Origin: a virus
DNA length: 64,000 bases
Virus record (IMG/VR): IMGVR_UViG_3300043395_000996
Location: 96,001-160,000 of that record
Direction: 5' to 3' (one strand)
Below are positions 1 through 11,100 of this stretch, piece after piece (positions within the stretch are counted from its first letter, which is position 1; each line of letters opens with the position of its first letter). The notes below the pieces were generated by a model, which was not told where the DNA came from, made no database searches, and saw only the letters and a program-made list of their open reading frames with translations. Position numbers and translations under genes: made by a program.

Positions 1-42
1 TTAAAATATTTTTAAAATTTAGAATGATTCTAAATAAGACAT

Positions 43-72
43 AAAAAAAGAGGGTAGAAAATCTACCCCCCT
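43..72 (-). terminator. Rho-independent terminator after tail tube gene
   Basis: Minus strand reads GGGGGGTAGA-TTT-TCTACCCTCT followed by a T run, downstream of the tube stop at 117. Confidence 0.8.
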
Positions 73-116
73 TTAATTATTCACCACTTACTTTATTAAA
101 ATTTACTATTCAAATT

Positions 117-605
117 TTAGTATTCTAAAATTGCGTAGTCATAGCTTAAAGTTAATTCTATTGATAATGGGTCATTTGAACTCCAATCTAATTCACCAAA
201 GTTTGCTGACGTAATAAATGCACCTTTCAAAGTCCATTGTTCTACTTTATCACCAACCGGTCCTAATAAGTAGAAAGTGATATCTTTCTTATAGAAAGCT
301 GCGTATCCATCTCTACCTGTTAGGGATTCATGTGATTGTCTAATCCATTCCATAACTTGCTGTGCACCTGATGGTACAATTGGGTCATAAAGAGTGATAT
401 TAATATCATCCCAAGTTGATTTACCTTTAATTTTTCTTTGTACGTTTATATGGTCTAATACTACCGGCTCTGATGTGTAAGTCGGTCTACTAGCCGTTTT
501 AATCATATATGATTCTATACCGTTGATTTCCATAATGAATCTATTCCCTAACTTTGGTTCAAAGTTCTGGTAGAACATTTTATCAAATTCTAATACTTCT
601 GGCAT
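117..605 (-). CDS. gp19: Tail tube protein (T4 gp19-like)
   Basis: 162 aa with NRFIMEI, WDDINITLYD, EQWTLKGAFIT and IELTLSYDYA motifs; directly downstream of the sheath gene. Confidence 0.9.
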   Translation of the reverse strand: MPEVLEFDKMFYQNFEPKLGNRFIMEINGIESYMIKTASRPTYTSEPVVLDHINVQRKIKGKSTWDDINITLYDPIVPSGAQQVMEWIRQSHESLTGRDGYAAFYKKDITFYLLGPVGDKVEQWTLKGAFITSANFGELDWSSNDPLSIELTLSYDYAILEY

Positions 606-630
606 CTTATTTTATATTTAAGTTGTTTTA

Positions 631-639
631 TATAAATAT
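631..639 (-). promoter_or_regulatory. Putative late promoter box ATATTTATA (sense) upstream of tube gene
   Basis: Plus strand TATAAATAT, 25 nt from the start codon; the same 9-mer precedes ten genes in the window. Confidence 0.6.
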
Positions 640-651
640 CTATTTTTCAAA

Positions 652-2817
652 TTATCCGTTAAATGCCGCACCAGTTGGTAAGATGTTGAAATCAATTTGT
701 AAGAATTCAGCTGTCTTTGTTGGTTGTAAGTAGATAGCTCCTTTCATAATGTTTCTATCGATTACATCTGGTGTGTTATTTGTTTCATCCATTACTACTC
801 TGAAAGCGTATAAACCTTGTCTTTGTTGGATTGCCTCTAAATAAGGGTTTACAATGTTTAAGAATCTATTTCTAGTAGTAGATGTATTTTGTTCAAATAC
901 CAAATACTTTGAAGTTGAAGCGATATACTTTCTAACAGTCAATAATAATCTTCTTACGTTGATTCTATCTAATGCTGAAGGTTTATCTTGTAAAGTTTTT
1001 TGTCCCCATACCACAATACCTTGTCCAGGGAATTGGCAAATTGGGTTTACTTTACCTTCGTATAAATCATCTCTTTCAGATTGAGTTAATCTATTCAATA
1101 CTGAAACTGCTCCGATTAATCCACCTCTATTTAAACCGGCTGGTGCGAACCATTCTGCTGCTACTCTATCATTTGCTGCGAATACGCCAGGCAATAATAC
1201 TGATGGTGGTACAGTGATTAATTTATTTGTGTTTACATCGATTGTTTTAACCCAAGGATAGTAAACTGCTGCGTAGTTAGTATCTACTGATTCTGCTTGT
1301 GTTATAGTTGCTGATAATGATGTATTTGAATTTCCAGCATCAGCGATAAAGAATGCGTCTGCTCTTTGTTCTACCATATCAACAATTGAACTCCAAACTG
1401 AACTATGGTCAGCTTTATTAACACCCGGTGCTACTACCATATTGATATCCCACTCGTCTGCGTTTGATAAAGCGTTAATGTGTTTCATATATGCTACCGA
1501 ACCACTTGCACTTACAGTTGATAAATCAAAACCTTGTGTGTTTCCTGGTGCAATATCAGCTCCTTTGTAAATTGGAGTTAATGGAGATAAACCATCAAAA
1601 CCTTCTTGGAATGCTACAACGAATTGTGCAGATGTTGAACCTACTGATAAAGAACCTCCGTTTGATGCATCTAATCCAAATGCTACATTAGCGCCTGAAG
1701 TTGCTCCGTTAGGAATTGCTTTTAAGTAGTTTTTGTTATCAGTATTACCATCTAAATCAATACCACCATATACAGTTGCTGATGCGCTTACGAATGTTAC
1801 TGCTGGAATCAATGCTGAATTAGCAATTGATGCAGATACTGGCAATTTGTAAGCTCCGTGTCCGAATGGAACTGCTTGTACCGGTGCTACTTCGTTTAAA
1901 TTAGCGATTCTAATATATTTTGAGTTATTCACCCAATCACCGCTTTCAGTAATTTTACCCAAAGAATCGATTGATAATTTTCTATCACCGATTACTCTAC
2001 TAATAAAGTTAGGAGAATTAGGGTCTAAATTAACATTAGCGAATGTTTCTAATACGTTTTTCTTTTTATTTGTATCACCAAATGCTCTAACAACTAAAGT
2101 AAATGTACCATAATCAGTACCACTTACAGAACCAGCTGCTTTAATATTTGTAATACCAACTTTGATTTTTGTGTTTGCTACGTTACCTGCTCCAATTGTT
2201 TCAATTTGGAATAAGTCGTATCTTTCACCACTAATCAATTGAGATTGAATCATTGGTGTTAATGCTTCTTGTGCATCAAATCCAAAATCTTGTGCTCCCA
2301 ATACAACTACACTTTGTGTAACTGCTGTAACACCAGCGTTCTTAAAGTATCCATATGAATATGCATCTTTAGCGCCAAAAGGAGATGAACCATAAGTAGC
2401 TTCAACATCATCAAAACTTACTACGCTTGATGATAAATTGATATATGCATCTGAACCACTTAAACTATCTTCAGTAGTTGAGAATAAAACTCCAACAGAT
2501 GCTGATACTGAACCTGAATGAGCTACTAATAATAAAGGTGCTCCTGCTGTATATCCACCAACACCAGCTACTCTACAAATAGTTGCAGTTCCTGCTTCTC
2601 TTAAATAATTTTGAGCCGCTAATGGAGTATAATATGTTCCATCAGCTTTTCCGAATAATGTTTCTAATTCTGCTTGAGAATTAACAATTGTTGGCGTTAA
2701 TGGTCCTTCTAAAAAAGGTCCGATAAAAGCTGCACCAATCTCTGCAACACCTTGTTGTAAGAATGAAAGGTCATTTTCTTTTGTAAATACGCCTGGTGAT
2801 ACTATTTTCTCTGCCAT
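652..2817 (-). CDS. gp18: Tail sheath protein (T4 gp18-like)
   Basis: N-terminal VSPGVFTKENDLS; C-terminal WFAPAGLNRG, WGQKTL and RINVRRL sheath motifs. Confidence 0.95.
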   Translation of the reverse strand: MAEKIVSPGVFTKENDLSFLQQGVAEIGAAFIGPFLEGPLTPTIVNSQAELETLFGKADGTYYTPLAAQNYLREAGTATICRVAGVGGYTAGAPLLLVAHSGSVSASVGVLFSTTEDSLSGSDAYINLSSSVVSFDDVEATYGSSPFGAKDAYSYGYFKNAGVTAVTQSVVVLGAQDFGFDAQEALTPMIQSQLISGERYDLFQIETIGAGNVANTKIKVGITNIKAAGSVSGTDYGTFTLVVRAFGDTNKKKNVLETFANVNLDPNSPNFISRVIGDRKLSIDSLGKITESGDWVNNSKYIRIANLNEVAPVQAVPFGHGAYKLPVSASIANSALIPAVTFVSASATVYGGIDLDGNTDNKNYLKAIPNGATSGANVAFGLDASNGGSLSVGSTSAQFVVAFQEGFDGLSPLTPIYKGADIAPGNTQGFDLSTVSASGSVAYMKHINALSNADEWDINMVVAPGVNKADHSSVWSSIVDMVEQRADAFFIADAGNSNTSLSATITQAESVDTNYAAVYYPWVKTIDVNTNKLITVPPSVLLPGVFAANDRVAAEWFAPAGLNRGGLIGAVSVLNRLTQSERDDLYEGKVNPICQFPGQGIVVWGQKTLQDKPSALDRINVRRLLLTVRKYIASTSKYLVFEQNTSTTRNRFLNIVNPYLEAIQQRQGLYAFRVVMDETNNTPDVIDRNIMKGAIYLQPTKTAEFLQIDFNILPTGAAFNG

Positions 2818-2854
2818 TGTGTAATTTTAATTATTTTATCTATTAAATTCTTCC

Positions 2855-2863
2855 TATAAATAT
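2855..2863 (-). promoter_or_regulatory. Putative late promoter box ATATTTATA upstream of sheath gene
   Basis: Exact 9-mer, 37 nt upstream of the start. Confidence 0.6.
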
Positions 2864-2888
2864 AAATTTTTATTTCAAAACAACATTA

Positions 2889-4619
2889 TTATTTGTATGT
2901 TGGTGAGAAATGATTGTATATTTGTGTTATTTCTGAACCAGCTAATTGTCTATTATAGAATAATACTGGTCCTATTTGACCCGTAAAGTAATAATTGTTC
3001 TCAGCGTAGTTACCACCAACCTGAATCATTGCTGATGTTGTGTAATCCTTTGCACCATTTGAAATAGTACCTACTGAAGAACCATCCAAATATCCAACGT
3101 TAGTTCCATTTAATTTAGCGGTGTATGCTACCATATACCAAACGTTTGTTGATAATGAGAATGTATTGCTACTATATTGAACAGTCGAACCTTCGTGTAA
3201 GAAGTATGTTCCACTACCATTTGAATTCAAATACAATGAGAATATTCTTGTACCACTTACATCTTGCTTATTAAAGAAGTTGTAATATCCATTTGCAGGA
3301 TGTGATGCGAATCTAACCCAACTCACAACAGTGAATTCCGATGTATTAAATTGAGTGTATCCACCATTGATATTTGTTGTACCATCTTTATACCAAAAGG
3401 CGTTTGAAGCACCTTGCCACCATTTTTCTTTTCTAGTTGCTCCCGCATTATATGCCGGATTTGATTTACCACTAACACCTGCTGCGTTTGAAACACCTGC
3501 TGGTCTTAAACCCGTATTATATCCACTTAAATCCAACCAATCGGCAGTTGCCGTACCACTCGTAGATGATGCTTTTGATGGGTCTAAATACATTCTTAAA
3601 CCAGATGATGGAATAAATGGTTGTGTAGTTGTACCTTTATTATGAGATACTAATCCGTTTGCTATATAAACGTCAGCTTGCTCTACGTTTACAGTTACAA
3701 TTTCAACATCCTCTTTTATAAATTCAATATTAGTGATTTCAACTTCAGTTTCATCTTGCATAATCAACTTATCACCAAAAAGAATATCACCTATGTTTTT
3801 AAATTTATATTTACCGATTTCATTATCCCAAACATATAATGGGTGAGTTTCGGTTGCTTTGATTAATCCATTATTCAATGAAACATATCCTTCTGCGAAA
3901 TTAAATGTTACATCGCTTACAATTACATTTTGAGTAGAACCTTCCAAAGAGTCTGAAAAATAGAATCTCCAATCAACTTGGTCTGATTCTGGGTCTTGAG
4001 TTTCATCCGGCAATCCTGCTGGCACCCAAGCCGTTAATTCATCACCAACATTTAAATCTTCAACATTTACAGATGTTCCATTTGCTAATTGAATTTGTGT
4101 TCCAAATAATAAACAAAAATCGGGTTGGTTAATTGTGTTATATACATCAACTGCGTATAATGTTTTAGTAGTTTCTACTCCATAGTTTGTTGCATTAATA
4201 TTGAATCCATCTTGATATTTCATTGTCAATACTGAAGATGCTTCCGAATAATTTGCTGCGTTGATTGCTGCTGGAGTTAATGCGAATTTAGCAGGGCCTG
4301 TACCATGTGATGGTGAACCTACTGAAAAGTTTGCATTACTAAAAGAACAAGTATAGTTGTTAGTTTGTTGTTGTACTTTGTTGTAGAAATAAGAACCTGT
4401 TGATGAGAATGTAAAATTAGCATCTTCCGATGTACTTTCTACAATATATGTATAAGTTGGTACGTTTACTGAAATTGCATCCGTTGCAAAACTTAACACA
4501 TTTACGTTACTACCAGCAGTTCCACCCGATAATTGTCCCATCGAAACCGCTTGAGTAGTTCTAGCTGAACCACTAACTGCTCTATGTAAATTTCCTAATG
4601 ATAGATTAGTTCTTGCCAT
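2889..4619 (-). CDS. Virion/tail-associated protein: N-terminal beta domain + Hint (intein-like) domain + C-terminal LamG/ConA-like domain
   Basis: Hint runs from CLLFGTQI (4115) through ATETHP (block B) to VSHN (3639). The C-terminus has LamG motifs WYMVAYT, YLDG and IGPVLFYNRQL. Confidence 0.8.
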   Translation of the reverse strand: MARTNLSLGNLHRAVSGSARTTQAVSMGQLSGGTAGSNVNVLSFATDAISVNVPTYTYIVESTSEDANFTFSSTGSYFYNKVQQQTNNYTCSFSNANFSVGSPSHGTGPAKFALTPAAINAANYSEASSVLTMKYQDGFNINATNYGVETTKTLYAVDVYNTINQPDFCLLFGTQIQLANGTSVNVEDLNVGDELTAWVPAGLPDETQDPESDQVDWRFYFSDSLEGSTQNVIVSDVTFNFAEGYVSLNNGLIKATETHPLYVWDNEIGKYKFKNIGDILFGDKLIMQDETEVEITNIEFIKEDVEIVTVNVEQADVYIANGLVSHNKGTTTQPFIPSSGLRMYLDPSKASSTSGTATADWLDLSGYNTGLRPAGVSNAAGVSGKSNPAYNAGATRKEKWWQGASNAFWYKDGTTNINGGYTQFNTSEFTVVSWVRFASHPANGYYNFFNKQDVSGTRIFSLYLNSNGSGTYFLHEGSTVQYSSNTFSLSTNVWYMVAYTAKLNGTNVGYLDGSSVGTISNGAKDYTTSAMIQVGGNYAENNYYFTGQIGPVLFYNRQLAGSEITQIYNHFSPTYK

Positions 4620-4636
4620 TATATTTGATTATGTTT

Positions 4637-5632
4637 TTATATATTATAAATATCTAAAAGTTTTTGTTTCCATACATCTTTATTAGAAAAGTGCTGAATC
4701 ATCCAACTTTTAAGTTTTTCGAATTCCTTTTTACGGGTTTCGTAATCATCTTCACAAATCGTTTGGTAGGTCTGCTTAAATGTTGCCTCATCAATCGCTT
4801 TGTATTTATAGTCCAATGGTACACACCAATTTTCGTGTAATATTGGTAATTTCCCCCAATCCACAGCCTCAAAAATTCCATATCCGAAGGGTTCGTTGTT
4901 AAAGCACGAATGAGATATTCCCCAATCAAGCCCATAGAACCTTTCTTTATATTTGTAATCAAATTTGTAAACTTTGGATTTTTCGAACTTATATCCATAT
5001 TTTTGTTTATAATATTTTGTAAATGTTTCCGTATTTGTGGAAATAAATCCTTCAATACCATCCATATATTCTACATTCTTTCTACCTTCCACTCTAGCTG
5101 CATATCCCATTTTTAATGAATGAGATAATTCTTTATTTTGAACAAATTGATATGAATTTGGAATTTGATATAAATTTTCGGTTTTATATGGAAAATTATA
5201 TAATCCTACCCAAATTTTGTTTTTGATTTTATCAATCATTTCTGATTCATATTCCCAATTACCATACCAATGCAAATATTCTTCTTTTTGCATTTGCCCA
5301 ATAAGAGATACCTTTGTTAAATTGTGGAAAACAATTGAATTAATCTTTTCCAAATTTTGGTGAATAGCTCTGGTTGGAGTATAATGACCGTGCAATATAT
5401 GTATCCTTCTAGCACCATCTAATATTTTTATTATTTCATCTTCCGATGTTTCCCATATATGGTCTATATCAATCGGAAATTGTTCGTAATTATCAGGTTT
5501 TCTTCTATGGAACAAAAGAAGTGGTTTAACCTCCAAATGTGGTGCCACTTCTTTTATCCATTCAGTTACCCATATATCAGCACCGCTGTTGAACCAAGGT
5601 CCTCCAGCGGTGGTGTAGTAAACATCATACAT
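4637..5632 (-). CDS. GT-B (GT4-like) glycosyltransferase, paralog of 60727..61707
   Basis: GYAARVEGRKN and EPFGYGIFEA (E-x7-E) motifs and GKLPILH; collinear with the 60727..61707 protein. Confidence 0.7.
   Translation of the reverse strand: MYDVYYTTAGGPWFNSGADIWVTEWIKEVAPHLEVKPLLLFHRRKPDNYEQFPIDIDHIWETSEDEIIKILDGARRIHILHGHYTPTRAIHQNLEKINSIVFHNLTKVSLIGQMQKEEYLHWYGNWEYESEMIDKIKNKIWVGLYNFPYKTENLYQIPNSYQFVQNKELSHSLKMGYAARVEGRKNVEYMDGIEGFISTNTETFTKYYKQKYGYKFEKSKVYKFDYKYKERFYGLDWGISHSCFNNEPFGYGIFEAVDWGKLPILHENWCVPLDYKYKAIDEATFKQTYQTICEDDYETRKKEFEKLKSWMIQHFSNKDVWKQKLLDIYNI
4645..4653 (-). promoter_or_regulatory. Putative late promoter box ATATTTATA upstream of Hint-LamG gene
   Basis: Exact 9-mer, 25 nt upstream of the start, inside the last codons of the GT-B gene. 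Confidence 0.55.
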
Positions 5633-5636
5633 TAAA

Positions 5637-8063
5637 TTATAAACCTAATTTTGATTTTAATTCGTCAATTTGTTTTTGTTGTTCTTTGATTGCTTCAACT
5701 AATAAACCAACCATTTTAGAATAATCCAAACCTAAATGCCCATCTTCTCTTTCCATTACTACTTCAGGTAATACTTCCTGAACTTCTTGTGCGATAAGAC
5801 CTGTATTAGGAGTTGTTTTGGTTACTTCGTTTACATCATCATTCCAAGTCCAAGTCACACCATTCAATTTAGATACTTTATCTAAAGCGTTTGGAATTAA
5901 TTTGATGTTAGATTTGAATCTTCTATCTGAAGAAAAATATGCAGTAATATCACCCGTTGCTGTAATTGCTCCGTTGATTGTTAAACCTGCGAAAGTTGGA
6001 GTTGCTGAAGTTGCTACCGATTGTCCGATAGAAATTGTTACTGCGCCAGTTGCTCCACTTACACTAACACCCGTTCCAGCTACTGCTGAAGTTACACCGG
6101 CGTTAGTTAATGTTACCGAACTACCCAATGCAACTGCTCCACCACCACTTAAACCACTTCCTGCGGTTACAGTTACTGAAGAGTTTGCTAATTGAGCGTT
6201 TGAAACAGTTCCAGTCACACCACTAAATGCGATTTGAGATGAACCTGAAACTACACCATCTCCATTTGTATTTAAATATCTACTATCAAATGTTGTAGTT
6301 AATTGTGCTGATGATGAAATTACACCTTCTGCATCTAATTTAGTTTTAACTCTAGCATCAGTATAGTATAAATTTGTTCCTTCTGGTAAGCTTGTAGTTG
6401 AACCTGCTCCTAAAATAGTTGCTGCTGAAATACTTCCACCTAATGAAGTTGAAGAACCAGCGATTGTGATTGAGCTATTTGTTAAAGAAGAGTTTCCAAT
6501 ATTTGTTAAAGTATTAGATGCTCCACTTATAGTTTTATTTGTTAAAGTTGCAGTCGCTGTTGCGAATGAACCTGTATATCCTTCTAATGAACTCAATCTT
6601 GCGTTTTGTGCAGATTGGTCAGTTGCGATAGAACCCGTTTGAGTTTCTAATGCTGATAATCTCGCATTTTGTGCAGTATTTGTAGTGTCATTTGAACCTG
6701 TATAAGTAGCTAATGTAGAGAATTTAGAATCAACACTCGCAGTATATGTTGCTAATGTAGAATCTTTACCTAATTGAGAACCACTAAATGCTTCTAATGA
6801 AGTTAATCTTGCATTTTGTGCAGATTGTTCGGTTGCAATTGAACCCGTTTCGGTTTCTAATGCTGATAATCTAGCATTTTGTGCTGCATCCGTTGCATTT
6901 GAAGATGTATAGAATGATGCAAAAGCGTTATCGTTTGTAGTATCAACCGAATTGATTAACGTTACGATTTCAGCAAAAGTATCATAATTTGCATCTGCTG
7001 AAGCAAGGATTGCATCAACTCTACCTTTTTCAGTAGAAATTCTACTATCCAAAGAAGAACTGAAAGCAGTGTATCCTGTTGTAGAAGAAATAGTTATTTG
7101 TGCTGAACTACTAACTACTGCATCTGCATCTAATTTACTCTTAATCGTTGTATTGATTGAAGATGTAAATGAGTTTAATGCGGATATCGCTGTATTTTGA
7201 GTTGAGTTTGTAGTATCGTTAGAGCCAGTATATGTGTTTAAAGAACTCAATATACCAACTACTTGTGCCGAGCTACTAACTACTGCTTCTGCGTTTAATT
7301 TAGTTTTAACTCTTGCATCGGTATAGTAAAGGTTAGAACCTTCAGCTACATTTGATGTAGATAAATTATCAATTGTTGAATCAAATGCCGCAGATACTGC
7401 TGATAATTCAGCATCAGTTGCGTAAGTTGAACCTAAATTTGAAATCGTAGTTGAAATTGCGCCAGATACAGAATTTAATTCAGCATCAGTTGCGTAAGTT
7501 GAACCTAAATTTGAAATCGTAGTTGCTACTGCTGCAGATACTGCTGATAATTCGGCATCAGTTGCAAATCCATTTCCTAAAGAAGATGAAAATGCTTCCA
7601 ATGAATCAATTCTATCTTCGTGATTAGAAGCAGTTGAAATTAATGCTGATACAGATGTATTTAAATTGGAAACATCTACTCCATCTACTGTACCACCTAC
7701 AACAATATTTCCTGCTATATACGCATCTTTGTATTTATAAGTAGAACTACCTAAATCAAATGCGTTATTATTTGATGGTATCAATGAAGAACTCAATGAT
7801 GCTACAACATTGATTGAATCGGAACTAGCATCACCAATTGTAATTGCTCCACCTAATGTAAGGTTTCCACCAATTGATGCATTGCCAGATACATTTAATT
7901 CACCGAATGTTCCAGTACTTCCTGTACCAGCTGCTGATAATACGATGTCGCCATTTGCTCCACCTATTAACAACGTTCCTAATGTTGTGTTTACATATGG
8001 TTCTCCGAATGCTAACGAACCTGATTGTTGTGCGGTTGTCCCACGTCTAAATTTAAGTGCCAT
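5637..8063 (-). CDS. Tail fibre-like protein with coiled-coil repeats and C-terminal peptidase S74 chaperone domain
   Basis: N-terminal LKFRRGT..GEP (Mtd_N-like); C-terminal SSDRRFKSNI...GLIAQEV...LLVEAIKE. Confidence 0.8.
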   Translation of the reverse strand: MALKFRRGTTAQQSGSLAFGEPYVNTTLGTLLIGGANGDIVLSAAGTGSTGTFGELNVSGNASIGGNLTLGGAITIGDASSDSINVVASLSSSLIPSNNNAFDLGSSTYKYKDAYIAGNIVVGGTVDGVDVSNLNTSVSALISTASNHEDRIDSLEAFSSSLGNGFATDAELSAVSAAVATTISNLGSTYATDAELNSVSGAISTTISNLGSTYATDAELSAVSAAFDSTIDNLSTSNVAEGSNLYYTDARVKTKLNAEAVVSSSAQVVGILSSLNTYTGSNDTTNSTQNTAISALNSFTSSINTTIKSKLDADAVVSSSAQITISSTTGYTAFSSSLDSRISTEKGRVDAILASADANYDTFAEIVTLINSVDTTNDNAFASFYTSSNATDAAQNARLSALETETGSIATEQSAQNARLTSLEAFSGSQLGKDSTLATYTASVDSKFSTLATYTGSNDTTNTAQNARLSALETQTGSIATDQSAQNARLSSLEGYTGSFATATATLTNKTISGASNTLTNIGNSSLTNSSITIAGSSTSLGGSISAATILGAGSTTSLPEGTNLYYTDARVKTKLDAEGVISSSAQLTTTFDSRYLNTNGDGVVSGSSQIAFSGVTGTVSNAQLANSSVTVTAGSGLSGGGAVALGSSVTLTNAGVTSAVAGTGVSVSGATGAVTISIGQSVATSATPTFAGLTINGAITATGDITAYFSSDRRFKSNIKLIPNALDKVSKLNGVTWTWNDDVNEVTKTTPNTGLIAQEVQEVLPEVVMEREDGHLGLDYSKMVGLLVEAIKEQQKQIDELKSKLGL
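7404..7570. repeat. 72-nt in-frame tandem repeat (24 aa, ATDAEL...LGSTY), about 2.3 copies
   Basis: 7404-7453 is identical to 7476-7525. Confidence 0.9.
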
Positions 8064-8123
8064 TTAGTTTACCTTTTTTTTAGTACGATTATTTTAATAT
8101 TTTTATGTTATTATGTAACTTCT

Positions 8124-8132
8124 TATAAATAT
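8124..8132 (-). promoter_or_regulatory. Putative late promoter box ATATTTATA
   Basis: Exact 9-mer, 60 nt upstream of the 8063 start. Confidence 0.5.
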
Positions 8133-11100
8133 CTATTTATTTTCCAATCTATCAATTTTTGCTGATAATTCTTTAATTGCTTCAATTAAAAGTGGAACAA
8201 TTTTTTCATAGTTCACTGCTTTGTATCCAGCCGCTCTATCTATAACGGCTTGTGGTATTACTTTTTCAATTTCTTGTGCAATTACTCCGATATCATTTCC
8301 TGCATGTGAGTGAATTAATTCAAATCCCTCTTTCCAATCGTAAGTGTTACCACTAATTTGATTTACTTTTTCTAAAGCGTTTGGAATTGGAGTAATGTTT
8401 TCTTTTAATCTTTCATCGGATGTTGAAAATGCTACGATATCTCCCGTTGCTATAATTTCTCCAGCTATTCCACTTGCAGCAGTTCCAACTCCAATAGATG
8501 CAAATTGAACATTTGATGAAGTTGCTACTGCTTGTCCAATTGCTATTGTTGGGGTTGCATTCTCACCACTATTATTTGTAATAGTAATACCTGTTCCTGC
8601 AACTAATGATGCTACATAATCTCCCGTTGTTTGAGTTGCTAATGTAATATTACCAGCTGCTGAACCTAAATTGATTTGAGATGAACTCGAAACAATACCT
8701 TCACCCAATGTATTCAAATATCTGGCATCAAATTCAGTTGTAAGTTGAGATGAACCCGAAACTACACCTGTTGGTAATAATGGAATTATTTGAGAACTAC
8801 CACTTACAATACCATTTGGAATATTGGATAATCCAATATATGATATTTGAGATGAGCCAGAAACAATTCCTGTTCCTCCTAATATTTGTACTGAACTACT
8901 TACTAATGTATGAGTAGCTGATGCCTTTTCTTCAAAAATTGAATTAATTTGTGCCGATGAAGAAATTACTCCATTTGTTGCGGCAATAGAACCAACGATT
9001 GTATCACCCGTTATAGTTGCTGCTCTAAAATCTGCTAAAGTAAATGAAGCGTGAGATGTATCAATAGTACCCGATGGTTCTAATGTATATCCTTTGAATA
9101 CTTTCCAAGTACCATTATCAGATGCATCTCTGAAAATACCCGTATGTCCATATGTACCATCGTTGTAATTACCAACAACTCCCAAATCTGGGTTTGTTAT
9201 TGTTGAACCTTCATTTAAATAAATAAGGTTATCATTAATTGCTAAATTTTCAGAATTGATAATCGATTGAGTACCATATACAACTATGTCACCTAAAAAC
9301 GAAACAGTCGAACCTGTTAATTCAATTGCATTATCTAATGAATTTGTATATGAATTTAATGAACTTAATATATCTACTATTTGCGAACTACCACTCACCA
9401 ATGTGTGAGTTGCTGATGCTTTTTCTTCATATATAGAGCTCAATGATTGCGTATATGCATGTAATGCACTTAAATCAGCATTAACCGATGCGGTATAAAT
9501 TGCTAAATTATCATGCTTAATATTTTGAGATGCTGTATATGCCTGTAATGCAGCAAAGGATATTTGTGCACCACTTCCTAAATTGATAGATGTTGTATAT
9601 TCCAATTCATCTAAACGAGAATCAACCGAAGAACTAAATGGATTATAAACAGAACCAGTCCATGTATTAAATGATGCGGTAGCATTCATTAATGATGCGG
9701 TTGTTGTTTGTAATACACTAAATTTAGAATCAATAGATGCAGTATAAGTTTCTAAAGTATTTTGCTTTGATTCTAAAACATCTATTCTATCTTCGTGATT
9801 TGATGCAGTCCAATATAAACTAGCCGTAGTACTCATCAATGATGATGTTACGATTAATATTGTATCTTGCTTTGCTTCTAATATATCAATTCTACTTTCG
9901 TGGTCGGATGCCGTATCAAATAATTGATTACGATAGAAAGTATTTGATGCGGTATACGAATTCAACGATGATGTAGCTGCTTCTACTTCATCAAACTTAG
10001 CATCGATTGAAGATGTATATGTTTCTAATACGGAATCTTTTCCTTCTTGTGATGCTGAAAATTGTTCTATATTATTTAATCTACCTTCAGCGGATGCGGT
10101 AAAAGTATTCAATGAAGCCGTTACTATTGATAAAGTAGTTGCTCTACTTTCTAAACTTCCCGTTTCGGTTTCTAATGATAATAATCTAGCATCGTGTGAT
10201 TGAGATACATCTTGTAAATGTTTCAATCTATCATCAACAGACCAAGAATAAGCATTTACACTTGCACCATTTAATCCAACTATTGTAGATGAACTAATTG
10301 AACCTTCGATACCTAAATTTTTATTTAATTCAATTCTTTGATTTGTATCACTCCATACCAATGTTACGTTTGCACCATCAATTGTAACACCGGCGCCATC
10401 CGAAGTTGCAGATGATGTAGAGCCACTTGCAATTCTAATATTTTTATCAGCAACATTTAAAGTTGAAGATTGAACCGCAGTTGTTGTCCCAACTACCGTT
10501 AAATTTCCTTTAATAGTCGTATTACCATCGGTTACATCAATTGCGGTTTTAAGAGATGAAGTATATTCTTCAATTGAATCGATTCTACCTTCGTGATTAG
10601 ATGCAGTCCAAAATAATTCAGCTACATTTAAATTATTAGATGCAGTATAAGCATTTAATGATGATGTAGAAGATTGAACTGCTACAAATTTATCGTTTAT
10701 AGATGATGTATAAGATGCTAATGTGCTATTTTTAGATTCTTCCGATGCTGAAAATACGTTAATTGATGAAATATGAATATCAACAGAAGATGTATATGAA
10801 CCTAAAGTAGTAAATTTACTATCAATTGAAGATGTATAATTTCCTAATGTAGTTTGCTTATCCTCCAATACATCAATTCTATTTTCGTGATTTGATGCGG
10901 TTGAATACAATTCAGTTAAATTTGCATTAACTGATGAAGTGTAAGATGCTAAAGTTGTATTTTTAGATTCTTCGGAATTTTGAAAAGTTTCTAAACTATC
11001 TAATCTACCATCAACCGATGCAGAGAATTGTGTAACATTTCCAAATCCAATTATAGAACCACTAAAAGAACCTATTATAGATGAAGCAGATATATTTGTT

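Noticed and set aside
3639-4115. Mobile (homing) intein
   Set aside because: There is no endonuclease domain, no +1 nucleophile, and the host protein is not a conserved enzyme. It is treated as a BIL-type Hint.
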